A stretch of DNA of 64,000 bases, taken from positions 1-64,000 of the forward strand of contig NEEC01000032.1 in assembly GCA_002189035.1 (NCBI GenBank), read 5' to 3'. The notes beneath the pieces are model-generated. The model did no database searches and was not told the DNA's origin. It saw nothing but the letters and a program-made list of their open reading frames with translations. A program made the position numbers and the translations under genes. This stretch comes from Utricularia gibba. Taxonomy: Eukaryota > Plantae > Magnoliophyta. Every line of letters starts with the position of its first letter. The stretch's first letter is position 1. Of this stretch, positions 1-13,500 are shown piece after piece.

Positions 1-3000
1 ACGATTTTCGTCGAGTAGGACCGATGTGGCAAAAGGAGTCAGACCGAACCTTGGGTCAGAACGAAGTTCACAACGACATCACCGCCCAAAAACGACAAGC
101 TTTTCCTTGAGAAACCATGTAGGCAGCCAATTAAAACCAACGTTAAGAAATGCATCAAGTTTTTTTGCCGAGCTACAAATGACTATGGGCCCGAGCTCGA
201 CTCGACCTCCTTCTCGATACCGTTGCCCCACGAGAGCGCCTCCTCAGATATAAAGCATGCGGTTGAGAAAACCATTTTGGGTGCTCATGACATCCTAACT
301 TCAATAAGTGCATCACGATTTTCGTCGAGTAGGACCCGATGTGGCAAAGGAGTCAGACCGAACCTTGGGTCAGAACGAAGTTCACAACGACATCACCCGC
401 CCAAAACGACAAGCTTTTCCTTGAGAAACCATGTAGGCAGCCATTAAAACCAACGTTAAAAATGCATCAAGTTTTTTGCCGAGCTACAAATGACTATGGG
501 CCCGAGCTCGACTCGACCTCCTTCTCGATACCGTTGCCCCACGAGAGCGCCTCCTCAGATATAAAGCATGCGGGTTGAGAAAACCATTTTGGGTGCTCAT
601 GACATCCTAACTTCAATAAGTGCATCACGATTTTCGTCGAGTAGGACCCGATGTGGCAAAGGAGGGTCAGAACGAAGTTCACAACGACATCACCCCCCAA
701 AAACGACAAGCTTTTCCTTGAGAAACCATGTAGGCAGCCAATTAAAACCCAACGTTAAGAATGCATCAAGTTTTTTGCCGAGCTACAAATGACTATGGGC
801 CCGAGCTCGACTCGACCTCCTTCTCGATACCGTTGCCCCACGAGAGCGCCTCCTCAATATAAAGCATGCGGTTGAGAAAACCATTTTGGGTGCTCATGAC
901 ATCCTAACTTCAATAAGTGCATCACGATTTTCGTCGAGTAGGACCCGATGTGGCAAAGGAGTCAGACCGAACCTTGGGTCAGAACGAAGTTCACAACGAC
1001 ATCACCCGCCCAAAACGACAAGCTTTTCCTTGAGAAACCATGTAGGCAGCCAATTAAAACCAACGTTAAAAAATGCATCAAGTTTTTTGCCGAGCTACAA
1101 ATGACTATGGGCCCGAGCTCGACTCGACTCCTTCTCGATACCGTTGCCCCACGAGAGCGCCTCCTCAGATATAAAGCATGCGGTTGAGAAACCATTTTGG
1201 GTGCTCATGACATCCTAACTTCAATAAGTGCATCACGATTTTCGTCGAGTAGGACCCGATGTGGCAAAGGAGTCAGACCGAACCTTGGTCAGAACGAAGT
1301 TCACAACGACATCACCGCCAAAAAACGACAAGCTTTTCCTTGAGAAACCATGTAGGCAGCCAATTAAAACCCAACGTTAAGAAATGCATCAAGTTTTTTG
1401 CCGAGCTACAAGACTATGGGCCCGAGCTCGACTCGACCTCCTTCTCGATACCGTTGCCCACGAGAGCGCCTCCTCAGATATAAAGCATGCGGTTGAGAAA
1501 ACCATTTTGGGTGCTCATGACATCCTAACTTCAATAAGTGCATCACGATTTTCGTCGAGTAGGACCGATGTGGCAAAGGAGTCAGACCGAACCTTGGGTC
1601 AGAACGAAGTTCACAACGACATCACCCGCCCAAAAACGACAAGCTTTTCCTTGAGAAACCATGTAGGCAGCCATTAAAACCCAACGTTAAGAAATGCATC
1701 AAGTTTTTTGCCGAGCTACAAATGACTATGGGCCCGAGCTCGACTCGACCTCCTTCTCGATACCGTTGCCCCACGAGAGCGCCTCTCAGATATAAAGCAT
1801 GCGGTTGAGAAAACCATTTTGGGTGCTTATGACATCCTAACTTCAATAAGTGCATCACGATTTTCGTCGAGTAGGACCCGATGTGGCAAAGGAGTCAGAC
1901 CGAACCTTGGGTCAGAACGAAGTTCACAACGACATCACCCCCAAAAACGACAAGCTTTTCCTTGAGAAACCATGTAGGCAGCCAATTAAAACCCAACGTT
2001 AAGAAATGCATCAAGTTTTTTGCCGAGCCACAAATGACTATGGGCCCGAGCTCGACTCGACCCCTGCTCGATACCGTTGCCCCACGAGAGCGCCTCCTCA
2101 ATATAAAGCATGCGGTTGAGAAAACCATTTTGGGTGCTCATGACATCCTAACTTCAATAAGTGCATCACGATTTTCGTCGAGTAGGACCCGATGTGGCAA
2201 AGGAGTCACCGAACCTTGGGTCAGAACGAAGTTCACAACGACATCACCCGCCCAAAAACGACAAGCTTTTCCTTGAGAAACCATGTAGGCAGCCAATTAA
2301 AACCCAACGTTAAGAAATGCATCAAGTTTTTTGCCAGCTACAAATGACTATGGGCCCGAGCTCGACTCGACCTCCTTCTCGATACCGTTGCCCACGAGAG
2401 CGCCTCCTCAGATATAAAGCATGCGGTTGAGAAAACCATTTTGGGTGCTCATGACATCCTAACTTCAATAAGTGCATCACGATTTTCGTCGAGTAGGACC
2501 GATGTGGCAAAGGAGTCAGACCGAACCTTGGGTCAGAACGAAGTTCACAACGACATCACCCGCCCAAAAACGACAAGCTTTTCCTTGAGAAACCATGTAG
2601 GCAGCCAATTAAAACCCAACGTTAAGAAATGCATCAAGTTTTTTGCCGAGCTACAAATGACTATGGGCCCGAGCTCGACTCGACCTCCTTCTCGATACCG
2701 TTGCCCCACGAGAGCGCCTCCTCAGATATAAAGCATGCGGTTGAGAAAACCATTTTGGGTGCTATGACATCCTAACTTCAATAAGTGCATCACGATTTTC
2801 GTCGAGTAGGACCCGATGTGGCAAAGGAGTCAGACCGAACCTTGGGTCAGAACGAAGTTCACAACGACATCACCCGCCCAAAAACGACAAGCTTTTCCTT
2901 GAGAAACCATGTAGGCAGCCAATTAAAACCCAACGTTAAGAAATGCATCAAGTTTTTTGCCGAGCTACAAATGACTATGGGCCCGAGCTCGACTCGACCT

Positions 3001-6000
3001 CCTTCTCGATACCGTTGCCCCACGAGAGCGCCTCCTCAATATAAAGCATGCGGTTGAGAAAACCATTTTGGGTGCTCATGACATCCTAACTTCAATAAGT
3101 GCATCACGATTTTCGTCGAGTAGGACCCGATGTGGCAAAGGAGTCAGACCGAACCTTGGGTCAGAACGAAGTTCACAACGACATCACCCGCCCAAAAACG
3201 ACAAGCTTTTCCTTGAGAAACCATGTAGGCAGCCAATTAAAACCCAACGTTAAGAAATGCATCAAGTTTTTTGCCGAGCTACAAATGACTATGGGCCCGA
3301 GCTCGACTCGACCTCCTTCTCGATACCGTTGCCCCACGAGAGCGCCTCCTCAGATATAAAGCATGCGGTTGAGAAAACCATTTTGGGTGCTATGACATCC
3401 TAACTTCAATAAGTGCATCACGATTTTCGTCGAGTAGGACCCGATGTGGCAAAGGAGTCAGACCGAACCTTGGGTCAGAACGAAGTTCACAACGACATCA
3501 CCCGCCAAAAAACGACAAGCTTTTCCTTGAGAAACCATGTAGGCAGCCAATTAAAACCCAACGTTAAGAAATGCATCAAGTTTTTTGCCGAGCTACAAAT
3601 GACTATGGGCCCGAGCTCGACTCGACCTCCTTCTCGATACCGTTGCCCACGAGAGCGCCTCCTCAATATAAAGCATGCGGTTGAGAAAACCATTTTGGGT
3701 GCTCATGACATCCTAACTTCAATAAGTGCATCACGATTTTCGTCGAGTAGGACCCGATGTGGCAAAGGAGTCAGACCGAACCTTGGGTCAGAACGAAGTT
3801 CACAACGACATCACCCGCCCAAAAACGACAAGCTTTTCCTTGAGAAACCATGTAGGCAGCCAATTAAAACCCAACGTTAAGAAATGCATCAAGTTTTTTG
3901 CCGAGCTACAAATGACTATGGGCCCGAGCTCGACTCGACCTCCTTCTCGATACCGTTGCCCCACGAGAGCGCCTCCTCAAATATAAAGCATGCGGTTGAG
4001 AAAACCATTTTGGGTGCTCATGACATCCTAACTTCAATAAGTGCATCACGATTTTCGTCGAGTAGGACCCGATGTGGAAAGGAGTCAGACCGAACCTTGG
4101 GTCAGAACGAAGTTCACAACGACATCACCCGCCCAAAAACGACAAGCTTTTCCTTGAGAAACCATGTAGGCAGCCAATTAAAACCCAACGTTAAGAAATG
4201 CATCAAGTTTTTTGCCGAGCTACAAATGACTATGGGCCCGAGCTCGACTCGACCTCCTTCTCGATACCGTTGCCCACGAGAGCGCCTCCTCAGATATAAA
4301 GCATGCGGTTGAGAAAACCATTTTGGGTGCTTATGACATCCTAACTTCAATAAGTGCATCACGATTTTCGTCGAGTAGGACCCGATGTGGCAAAGGAGTC
4401 AGACCTTGGGTCAGAACGAAGTTCACAACGACATCACCCGCCCAAAAACGACAAGCTTTTCCTTGAGAAACCATGTAGGCAGCCAATTAAAACCCAACGT
4501 TAAGAAATGCATCAATTTTTTGCCGAGCTACAAATGACTATGGGCCGAGCTCGACTCGACCTCAACCGTTGCCCCAAGACGACAAGCCATTTTCCTTGTG
4601 CATCACGATTTTCGTCGAGTAGGACCCGATGTAAAGGCAGACCAACCTTAAACGACACAACACATCGTTAGAGAGGCAGCCAATTAAAACCCAACGCATC
4701 AAGTTTTTTGCCGAGCTACAAATGACTATGGGCCGAGCGAGCTCGATACCGTTGCCCCACGAGAGCGCCTCCTCAAATATAAGCATGCGGTTGAGAAAAC
4801 CATTTTGGGTGCTCATGACATCCTAACTTCAATAAGTGCATCACGATTTTCGTCGAGTAGGACCCGATGTGGCAAAGGAGTCAGACCGAACCTTGGGTCA
4901 GAACGAAGTTCACAACGACATCACCCGCCCAAAAACGACAAGCTTTTCCTTGAGAAACCATGTAGGCAGCCAATTAAAACCCAACGTTAAGAAATGCATC
5001 AAGTTTTTTGCCGAGCTACAAATGACTATGGGCCCGAGCTCGACTCGACTCCTTCTCGATACCGTTGCCCCACGAGAGCGCCTCCTCAGATATAAAGCAT
5101 GCGGTTGAGAAAACCATTTTGGGTGCTTATGACATCCTAACTTCAATAAGTGCATCACGATTTTCGTCGAGTAGGACCCGATGTGGCAAAGGAGTCAGAC
5201 CGAACCTTGGGTCAGAACGAAGTTCACAACGACATCACCCGCCAAAAACGACAAGCTTTTCCTTGAGAAACCATGTAGGCAGCCAATTAAAACCCAACGT
5301 TAAGAAATGCATCAAGTTTTTTGCCGAGCTACAAATGACTATGGGCCCGAGCTCGACTCGACCTCCTTCTCGATACCGTTGCCCCACGAGAGCGCCTCCT
5401 CAGATATAAAGCATGCGGTTGAGAAAACCATTTTGGGTGCTCATGACATCCTAACTTCAATAAGTGCAGCACGATTTTCGTCGAGTAGGACCCGATGTGG
5501 CAAAGGAGTCAGACCGAACCTTGGGTCAGAACGAAGTTCACAACGACATCACCCCCCAAAAACGACAAGCTTTTCCTTGAGAAACCATGTAGGCAGCCAA
5601 TTAAAACCCAACGTTAAGAAATGCATCAAGTTTTTTGCCGAGCTACAAATGACTATGGGCCCGAGCTCGACTCGACCTCCTTCTCGATACCGTTGCCCCA
5701 CGAGAGCGCCTCCTCAGATATAAAGCATGCGGTTGAGAAAACCATTTTGGGTGCTCATGACATCCTAACTTCAATAAGTGCATCACGATTTTCGTCGAGT
5801 AGGACCCGATGTGGCAAAGGAGTCAGACCGAACCTTGGGTCAGAACGAAAAACGACAAGCTTTTCCTTGAGAAACCATGTAGGCAGCCAATTAAAACAAC
5901 GTTAAGAAATGCATCAAGTTTTTTGCCGAGCTACAAATGACTATGGGCCCGAGCTCGACTCGACCTCCTTCTCGATACCGTTGCCCCACGAGAGCGCCTC

Positions 6001-9000
6001 CTTTCCTTGAGAAACCATGTAGGCAGCCAATTAAAACAGACCGAACCTTGGGTCAGAACGAAGTTCACAACGACATCATTTTCCTTGAGAAACCATGTAG
6101 GCAAATTAAAACCCAACGTTAAGAAATGCATCAAGTTTTTTGCCGAGCTACAAATGACTATGGGCCCGAGCTCGACTCGACCTCCTTCTCGATACCGTTG
6201 CCCCACGAGAGCGCCTCCTCAGATATAAAGCATGCGGTTGAGAAAACCATTTTGGGTGCTCATGACATCCTAACTTCAATAAGTGCATCACGATTTTCGT
6301 CGAGTAGGACCCGATGTGGCAATAGAGTGCATCACGATTTTCGTCAGAGTAGGACCCGATGTGGCAAAGTCAGACCCGAACCTTGGGTCAGAACGAAGTT
6401 CACAACGACATCACCCGCAAGCCAAAAACAAACCCAACGTTAAGAAATGCATCAAGTTTTTTGCCTTGAGAAACCATGTAGGCAGCCAATTAAAACCCAA
6501 CGATTAAGAAATGCATCAGAGTTTTTTGCCGAGCTACAAATGCACTATGGGCCCGAGCTCGACTCGACCTCCTTCTCGATACCGTTGCCCCACGAGAGCG
6601 CCTCCTCAGATATAAAGCATGCGGTTGAGAAAACCATTTTGGGTGCTCATGACATCCTAACTTCAATAAGTGCATCACGATTTTCGTCGAGTAGGACCCG
6701 ATGTGGCAAAGGAGTCACCGAACCTTGGGTCAGAACGAAGTTCACAACGACATCACCCCCAAAAACGACAAGCTTTTCCTTGAGAAACCATGTAGGCAGC
6801 CAATTAAAACCCAACGTTAAGAAATGCATCAAGTTTTTTGCCGAGCTACAAATGACTATGGGCCCGAGCTCGACTCGACCTCCTTCTCGATACCGTTGCC
6901 CCACGAGAGCGCCTCCTCAGATATAAAGCATGCGGTTGAGAAAACCATTTTGGGTGCTTATGACATCCTAACTTCAATAAGTGCATCACGATTTTTCGTC
7001 GAGTAGGACCCGATGTGGCAAAGGAGTCAGAACGAAGTTCACAACGACATCACCCGCCCAAAAACGACAAGCTTTTCCTTGAGAAACCATGTAGGCAGCC
7101 AATTAAAACCCAACGTTAAGAAATGCATCAAGTTTTTTGCCGAGCCACAAATGACTATGGCCCGAGCTCGACTCGACCTCCTTCTCGATACCGTTGCCCC
7201 GAGAGCGCCTCCTCAGATATAAAGCATGCGGTTGAGAAAACCATTTTGGGTGCTTATGACATCCTAACTTCAATAAGTGCATCACGATTTTCGTCGAGTA
7301 GGACCCGATGTGGCAAAGGAGTCAGACCGAACCTTGGGTCAGAACGAAGTTCACAACGACATCACCCGCCCAAAAACGACAAGCTTTTCCTTGAGAAACC
7401 ATGTAGGCAGCCAATTAAAACCCAACGTTAAGAAATGCATCAAGTTTTTTGCCGAGCTACAAATGACTATGGGCCCGAGCTCGACTCGACCTCCTTCTCG
7501 ATACCGTTGCCCCACGAGAGCGCCTCCTCAGATATAAAGCATGCGGTTGAGAAAACCATTTTGGGTGCTCATGACATCCTAACTTCAATAAGTGCATCAC
7601 GATTTTCGTCGAGTAGGACCCGATGTGGCAAAGGAACCTTGGGTCAGAACGAAGTTCACAACGACATCACCCGCCCAAAAACGACAAGCTTTTCCTTGAG
7701 AAACCATGTAGGCAGCCAATTAAAACCCAACGTTAAGAAATGCATCAAGTTTTTTGCCGAGCTACAAATGACTATGGGCCCGAGCTCGACTCGACCTCCT
7801 TCTCGATACCGTTGCCCCACGAGAGCGCCTCCTCAGATATAAAGCATGCGGTTGAGAAAACCATTTTGGGTGCTCATGACATCCTAACTTCAATAAGTGC
7901 ATCACGATTTTCGTCGAGTAGGACCCGATGTGGCAAAGGAGTCAGACCGAACCTTGGGTCAGAACGAAGTTCACAACGACATCACCGCCCAAAAACGACA
8001 AGCTTTTCCTTGAGAAACCATGTAGGCAGCCAATTAAAACCAACGTTAAGAAATGCATCAAGTTTTTTGCGAGCTACAAATGACTATGGGCCCGAGCTCG
8101 ACTCGACCTCTTCTCGATACCGTTGCCCCACGAGAGCGCCTCCTCAGATATAAAGCATGCGGTTGAGAAAACCATTTTGGGTGCTCATGACATCCTAACT
8201 TCAATAAGTGCATCACGATTTTCGTCGAGTAGGACCCGATGTGGCAAAGGAGTCAGACCTTGGGTCAGAACGAAGTTCACAACGACATCACCCGCCCAAA
8301 AACGACAAGCTTTTCCTTGAGAAACCATGTAGGCAGCCAATTAAAACCCAACGTTAAGAAATGCATCAAGTTTTTTGCCGAGCTACAAATGACTATGGGC
8401 CCGAGCTCGACTCGACCTCCTTCTCGATACCGTTGCCCCACGAGAGCGCCTCCTCAGATATAAAGCATGCGGTTGAGAAAACCATTTTGGGTGCTCATGA
8501 CATCCTAACTTCAATAAGTGCATCACGATTTTCGTCGAGTAGGACCCGATGTGGCAAAGGAACCTTGGGTCAGAACGAAGTTCACAACGACATCACCCCC
8601 AAAAACGACAAGCTTTTCCTTGAGAAACCATGTAGGCAGCCAATTAAAACCCAACGTTAAGAAATGCATCAAGTTTTTTGCCGAGCTACAAATGACTAAA
8701 CTCGACCTCCTTCTCGATACCGTTGCCCCACGAGAGCGCCTCCTCAGAGCATGCGGTTGAGAAAACCATTTTCGTCGTGCAGATAGTAGGACCCGATGTG
8801 GCAAAGGAGTCAGACCACGACATCACCCGAAAAACGACAAGCTTTTCCTTGAGAAACCATGTAGGCAGCCAATTAAAACCCAACGTTAAGAAATGCATCA
8901 AGTTTTTTGCCGAGCTACAAATGACTATGGGCCCGAGCTCGACTCGACCTCCTTCTCGATACCGTTGCCCCACGAGAGCGCCTCCTCAGATATAAAGCAT

Positions 9001-10260
9001 GCGGTTGAGAAAACCATTTTGGGTGCTCATGACATCCTAACTTCAATAAGTGCATCACGATTTTCGTCGAGTAGGACCCGATGTGGCAAAGGAGTCAGAC
9101 CGAACCTTGGGTCAGAACGAAGTTCCAACGACATCACCGCCCAAAAACGACAAGCTTTTCCTTGAGAAACCATGTAGGCAGCCAATTAAAACCCAACGTT
9201 AAGAAATGCATCAAGTTTTTTGCCGAGCTACAAATGACTATGGGCCCGAGCTCGACTCGACCTCCTTCTCGATACCGTTGCCCCACGAGAGCGCCTCCTC
9301 AGATATAAAGCATGCGGTTGAGAAAACCATTTTGGGTGCTCATGACGTGCATCACGATTTTCGTCGAGTAGGACCCGATGTGGCAAAGGAACCTTGGGTC
9401 AGAACGAAGTTCACAACGACATCACCCGCCCAAAAACGACAAGCTTTTCCTTGAGAAACCATGTAGGCAGCCAATTAAAACCCAACGTTAAGAAATGCAT
9501 CAAGTTTTTTGCCGAGCTACAAATGACTATGGGCCCGAGCTCGACTCGACCTCCTTCTCGATACCGTTGCCCCACGAGAGCGCCTCCTCAGATATAAAGC
9601 ATGCGGTTGAGAAAACCATTTTGGGTGCTCATGACATCCTAACTTCAATAAGTGCATCACGATTTTCGTCGAGTAGGACCCGATGTGGCAAAGGAGTCAG
9701 AACCACAACGACATCACCCGCCCAAAAACGACAAGCTTTTCCTTGAGAAACCATGTAGGCAGCCAATTAAAACCCAACGTTAAGAAATGCATCAAGTTTT
9801 TTGCCGAGCTACAAATGACTATGGGCCCGAGCTCGACTCGACCTCCTTCTCGATACCGTTGCCCCACGAGAGCGCCTCCTCAGATATAAAGCATGCGGTT
9901 GAGAAAACCATTTTGGGTGCTTATGACATCCTAACTTCAATAAGTGCATCACGATTTTCGTCGAGTAGGACCCGATGTGGCAAAGGAGTCAGACCTTGGG
10001 TCAGAACGAAGTTCACAACGACATCACCCGCCCAAAAACGACAAGCTTTTCCTTGAGAAACCATGTAGGCAGCCAATTAAAACCCAACGTTAAGAAATGC
10101 ATCAAGTTTTTTGCCGAGCTACAAATGACTATGGGCCCGAGCTCGACTCGACCTCCTTCTCGATACCGTTGCCCCACGAGAGCGCCTCCTCAGATATAAA
10201 GCATGCGGTTGAGAAAACCATTTTGGGTGCTCATGACATCCTAACTTCAATAAGTGCATC

Positions 10261-10575
10261 ACGATTTTCGTCGAGTAGGACCCGATGTGGCAAAGGAGTC
10301 AGACCGAACCTTGGGTCAGAACGAAGTTCACAACGACATCACCCGCCCAAAAACGACAAGCTTTTCCTTGAGAAACCATGTAGGCAGCCAATTAAAACCC
10401 AACGTTAAGAAATGCATCAAGTTTTTTGCCGAGCTACAAATGACTATGGGCCCGAGCTCGACTCGACCTCCTTCTCGATACCGTTGCCCCACGAGAGCGC
10501 CTCCTCAGATATAAAGCATGCGGTTGAGAAAACCATTTTGGGTGCTCATGACATCCTAACTTCAATAAGTGCATC
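10261..10575 (+). repeat. Representative SatA monomer (315 bp; single HindIII, ApaI, SacI and SphI sites)
   Basis: Read directly: aagctt, gggccc, gagctc and gcatgc each occur once per unit; the adjacent units are essentially identical. Confidence 0.95.
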
Positions 10576-13500
10576 ACGATTTTCGTCGAGTAGGACCCGA
10601 TGTGGCAAAGGAGTCAGACCGAACCTTGGGTCAGAACGAAGTTCACAACGACATCACCCGCCCAAAAACGACAAGCTTTTCCTTGAGAAACCATGTAGGC
10701 AGCCAATTAAAACCCAACGTTAAGAAATGCATCAAGTTTTTTGCCGAGCTACAAATGACTATGGGCCCGAGCTCGACTCGACCTCCTCTCGATACCGTTG
10801 CCCCACGAGAGCGCCTCCTCAGATATAAAGCATGCGGTTGAGAAAACCATTTTGGGTGCTATGACATCCTAACTTCAATAAGTGCATCACGATTTTCGTC
10901 GAGTAGGACCCGATGTGGCAAAGGAGTCAGACCGAACCTTGGGTCAGAACGAAGTTCACAACGACATCACCCGCCCAAAAACGACAAGCTTTTCCTTGAG
11001 AAACCATGTAGGCAGCCAATTAAAACCCAACGTTAAGAAATGCATCAAGTTTTTTGCCGAGCTACAAATGACTATGGGCCCGAGCTCGACTCGACCTCCT
11101 TCTCGATACCGTTGCCCACGAGAGCGCCTCCTCAGATATAAAGCATGCGGTTGAGAAAACCATTTTGGGTGCTTATGACATCCTAACTTCAATAAGTGCA
11201 TCACGATTTTCGTCGAGTAGGACCCGATGTGGCAAAGGAGTCAGACCGAACCTTGGGTCAGAACGAAGTTCACAACGACATCACCCGCCCAAAAACGACA
11301 AGCTTTTCCTTGAGAAACCATGTAGGCAGCCAATTAAAACCCAACGTTAAGAAATGCATCAAGTTTTTTGCCGAGCTACAAATGACTATGGGCCCGAGCT
11401 CGACTCGACCTCCTTCTCGATACCGTTGCCCCACGAGAGCGCCTCCTCAGATATAAAGCATGCGGTTGAGAAAACCATTTTGGGTGCTCATGACATCCTA
11501 ACTTCAATAAGTGCATCACGATTTTCGTCGAGTAGGACCCGATGTGGCAAAGGAACCTTGGGTCAGAACGAAGTTCACAACGACATCACCCGCCCAAAAA
11601 CGACAAGCTTTTCCTTGAGAAACCATGTAGGCAGCCAATTAAAACCCAACGTTAAGAAATGCATCAAGTTTTTTGCCGAGCTACAAATGACTATGGGCCC
11701 GAGCTCGACTCGACCTCCTTCTCGATACCGTTGCCCCACGAGAGCGCCTCCTCAGATATAAAGCATGCGGTTGAGAAAACCATTTTGGGTGCTTATGACA
11801 TCCTAACTTCAATAAGTGCATCACGATTTTCGTCGAGTAGGACCCGATGTGGCAAAGGAGTCAGACCGAACCTTGGGTCAGAACGAAGTTCACAACGACA
11901 TCACCCGCCCAAAAACGACAAGCTTTTCCTTGAGAAACCATGTAGGCAGCCAATTAAAACCCAACGTTAAGAAATGCATCAAGTTTTTTGCCGAGCTACA
12001 AATGACTATGGGCCCGAGCTCGACTCGACCTCCTTCTCGATACCGTTGCCCCACGAGAGCGCCTCCTCAGATATAAAGCATGCGGTTGAGAAAACCATTT
12101 TGGGTGCTCATGACATCCTAACTTCAATAAGTGCATCACGATTTTCGTCGAGTAGGACCCGATGTGGCAAAGGAGTCAGACCGAACCTTGGGTCAGAACG
12201 AAGTTCACAACGACATCACCCGCCCAAAAACGACAAGCTTTTCCTTGAGAAACCATGTAGGCAGCCAATTAAAACCCAACGTTAAGAAATGCATCAAGTT
12301 TTTTGCCGAGCTACAAATGACTATGGGCCCGAGCTCGACTCGACCTCCTTCTCGATACCGTTGCCCCACGAGAGCGCCTCCTCAGATATAAAGCATGCGG
12401 TTGAGAAAACCATTTTGGGTGCTCATGACATCCTAACTTCAATAAGTGCATCACGATTTTCGTCGAGTAGGACCCGATGTGGCAAAGGAGTCAGACCGAA
12501 CCTTGGGTCAGAACGAAGTTCACAACGACATCACCCAAAAACGACAAGCTTTTCCTTGAGAAACCATGTAGGCAGCCAATTAAAACCCAACGTTAAGAAA
12601 TGCATCAAGTTTTTTGCCGAGCTACAAATGACTATGGGCCCGAGCTCGACTCGACCTCCTTCTCGATACCGTTGCCCCACGAGAGCGCCTCCTCAATATA
12701 AAGCATGCGGTTGAGAAAACCATTTTGGGTGCTATGACATCCTAACTTCAATAAGTGCATCACGATTTTCGTCGAGTAGGACCCGATGTGGCAAAGGAGT
12801 CAGACCGAACCTTGGGTCAGAACGAAGTTCACAACGACATCACCCGCCCAAAAACGACAAGCTTTTCCTTGAGAAACCATGTAGGCAGCCAATTAAAACC
12901 CAACGTTAAGAAATGCATCAAGTTTTTTGCCGAGCTACAAATGACTATGGGCCCGAGCTCGACTCGACCTCCTTCTCGATACCGTTGCCCCACGAGAGCG
13001 CCTCCTCAGATATAAAGCATGCGGTTGAGAAAACCATTTTGGGTGCTATGACATCCTAACTTCAATAAGTGCATCACGATTTTCGTCGAGTAGGACCCGA
13101 TGTGGCAAAGGAGTCAGACCGAACCTTGGGTCAGAACGAAGTTCACAACGACATCACCCGCCCAAAAACGACAAGCTTTTCCTTGAGAAACCATGTAGGC
13201 AGCCAATTAAAACCCAACGTTAAGAAATGCATCAAGTTTTTTGCCGAGCTACAAATGACTATGGGCCCGAGCTCGACTCGACCTCCTTCTCGATACCGTT
13301 GCCCCACGAGAGCGCCTCCTCAAATATAAAGCATGCGGTTGAGAAAACCATTTTGGGTGCTCATGACATCCTAACTTCAATAAGTGCATCACGATTTTCG
13401 TCGAGTAGGACCCGATGTGGCAAAGGAGTCAGACCGAACCTTGGGTCAGAACGAAGTTCACAACGACATCACCCGCCCAAAAACGACAAGCTTTTCCTTG

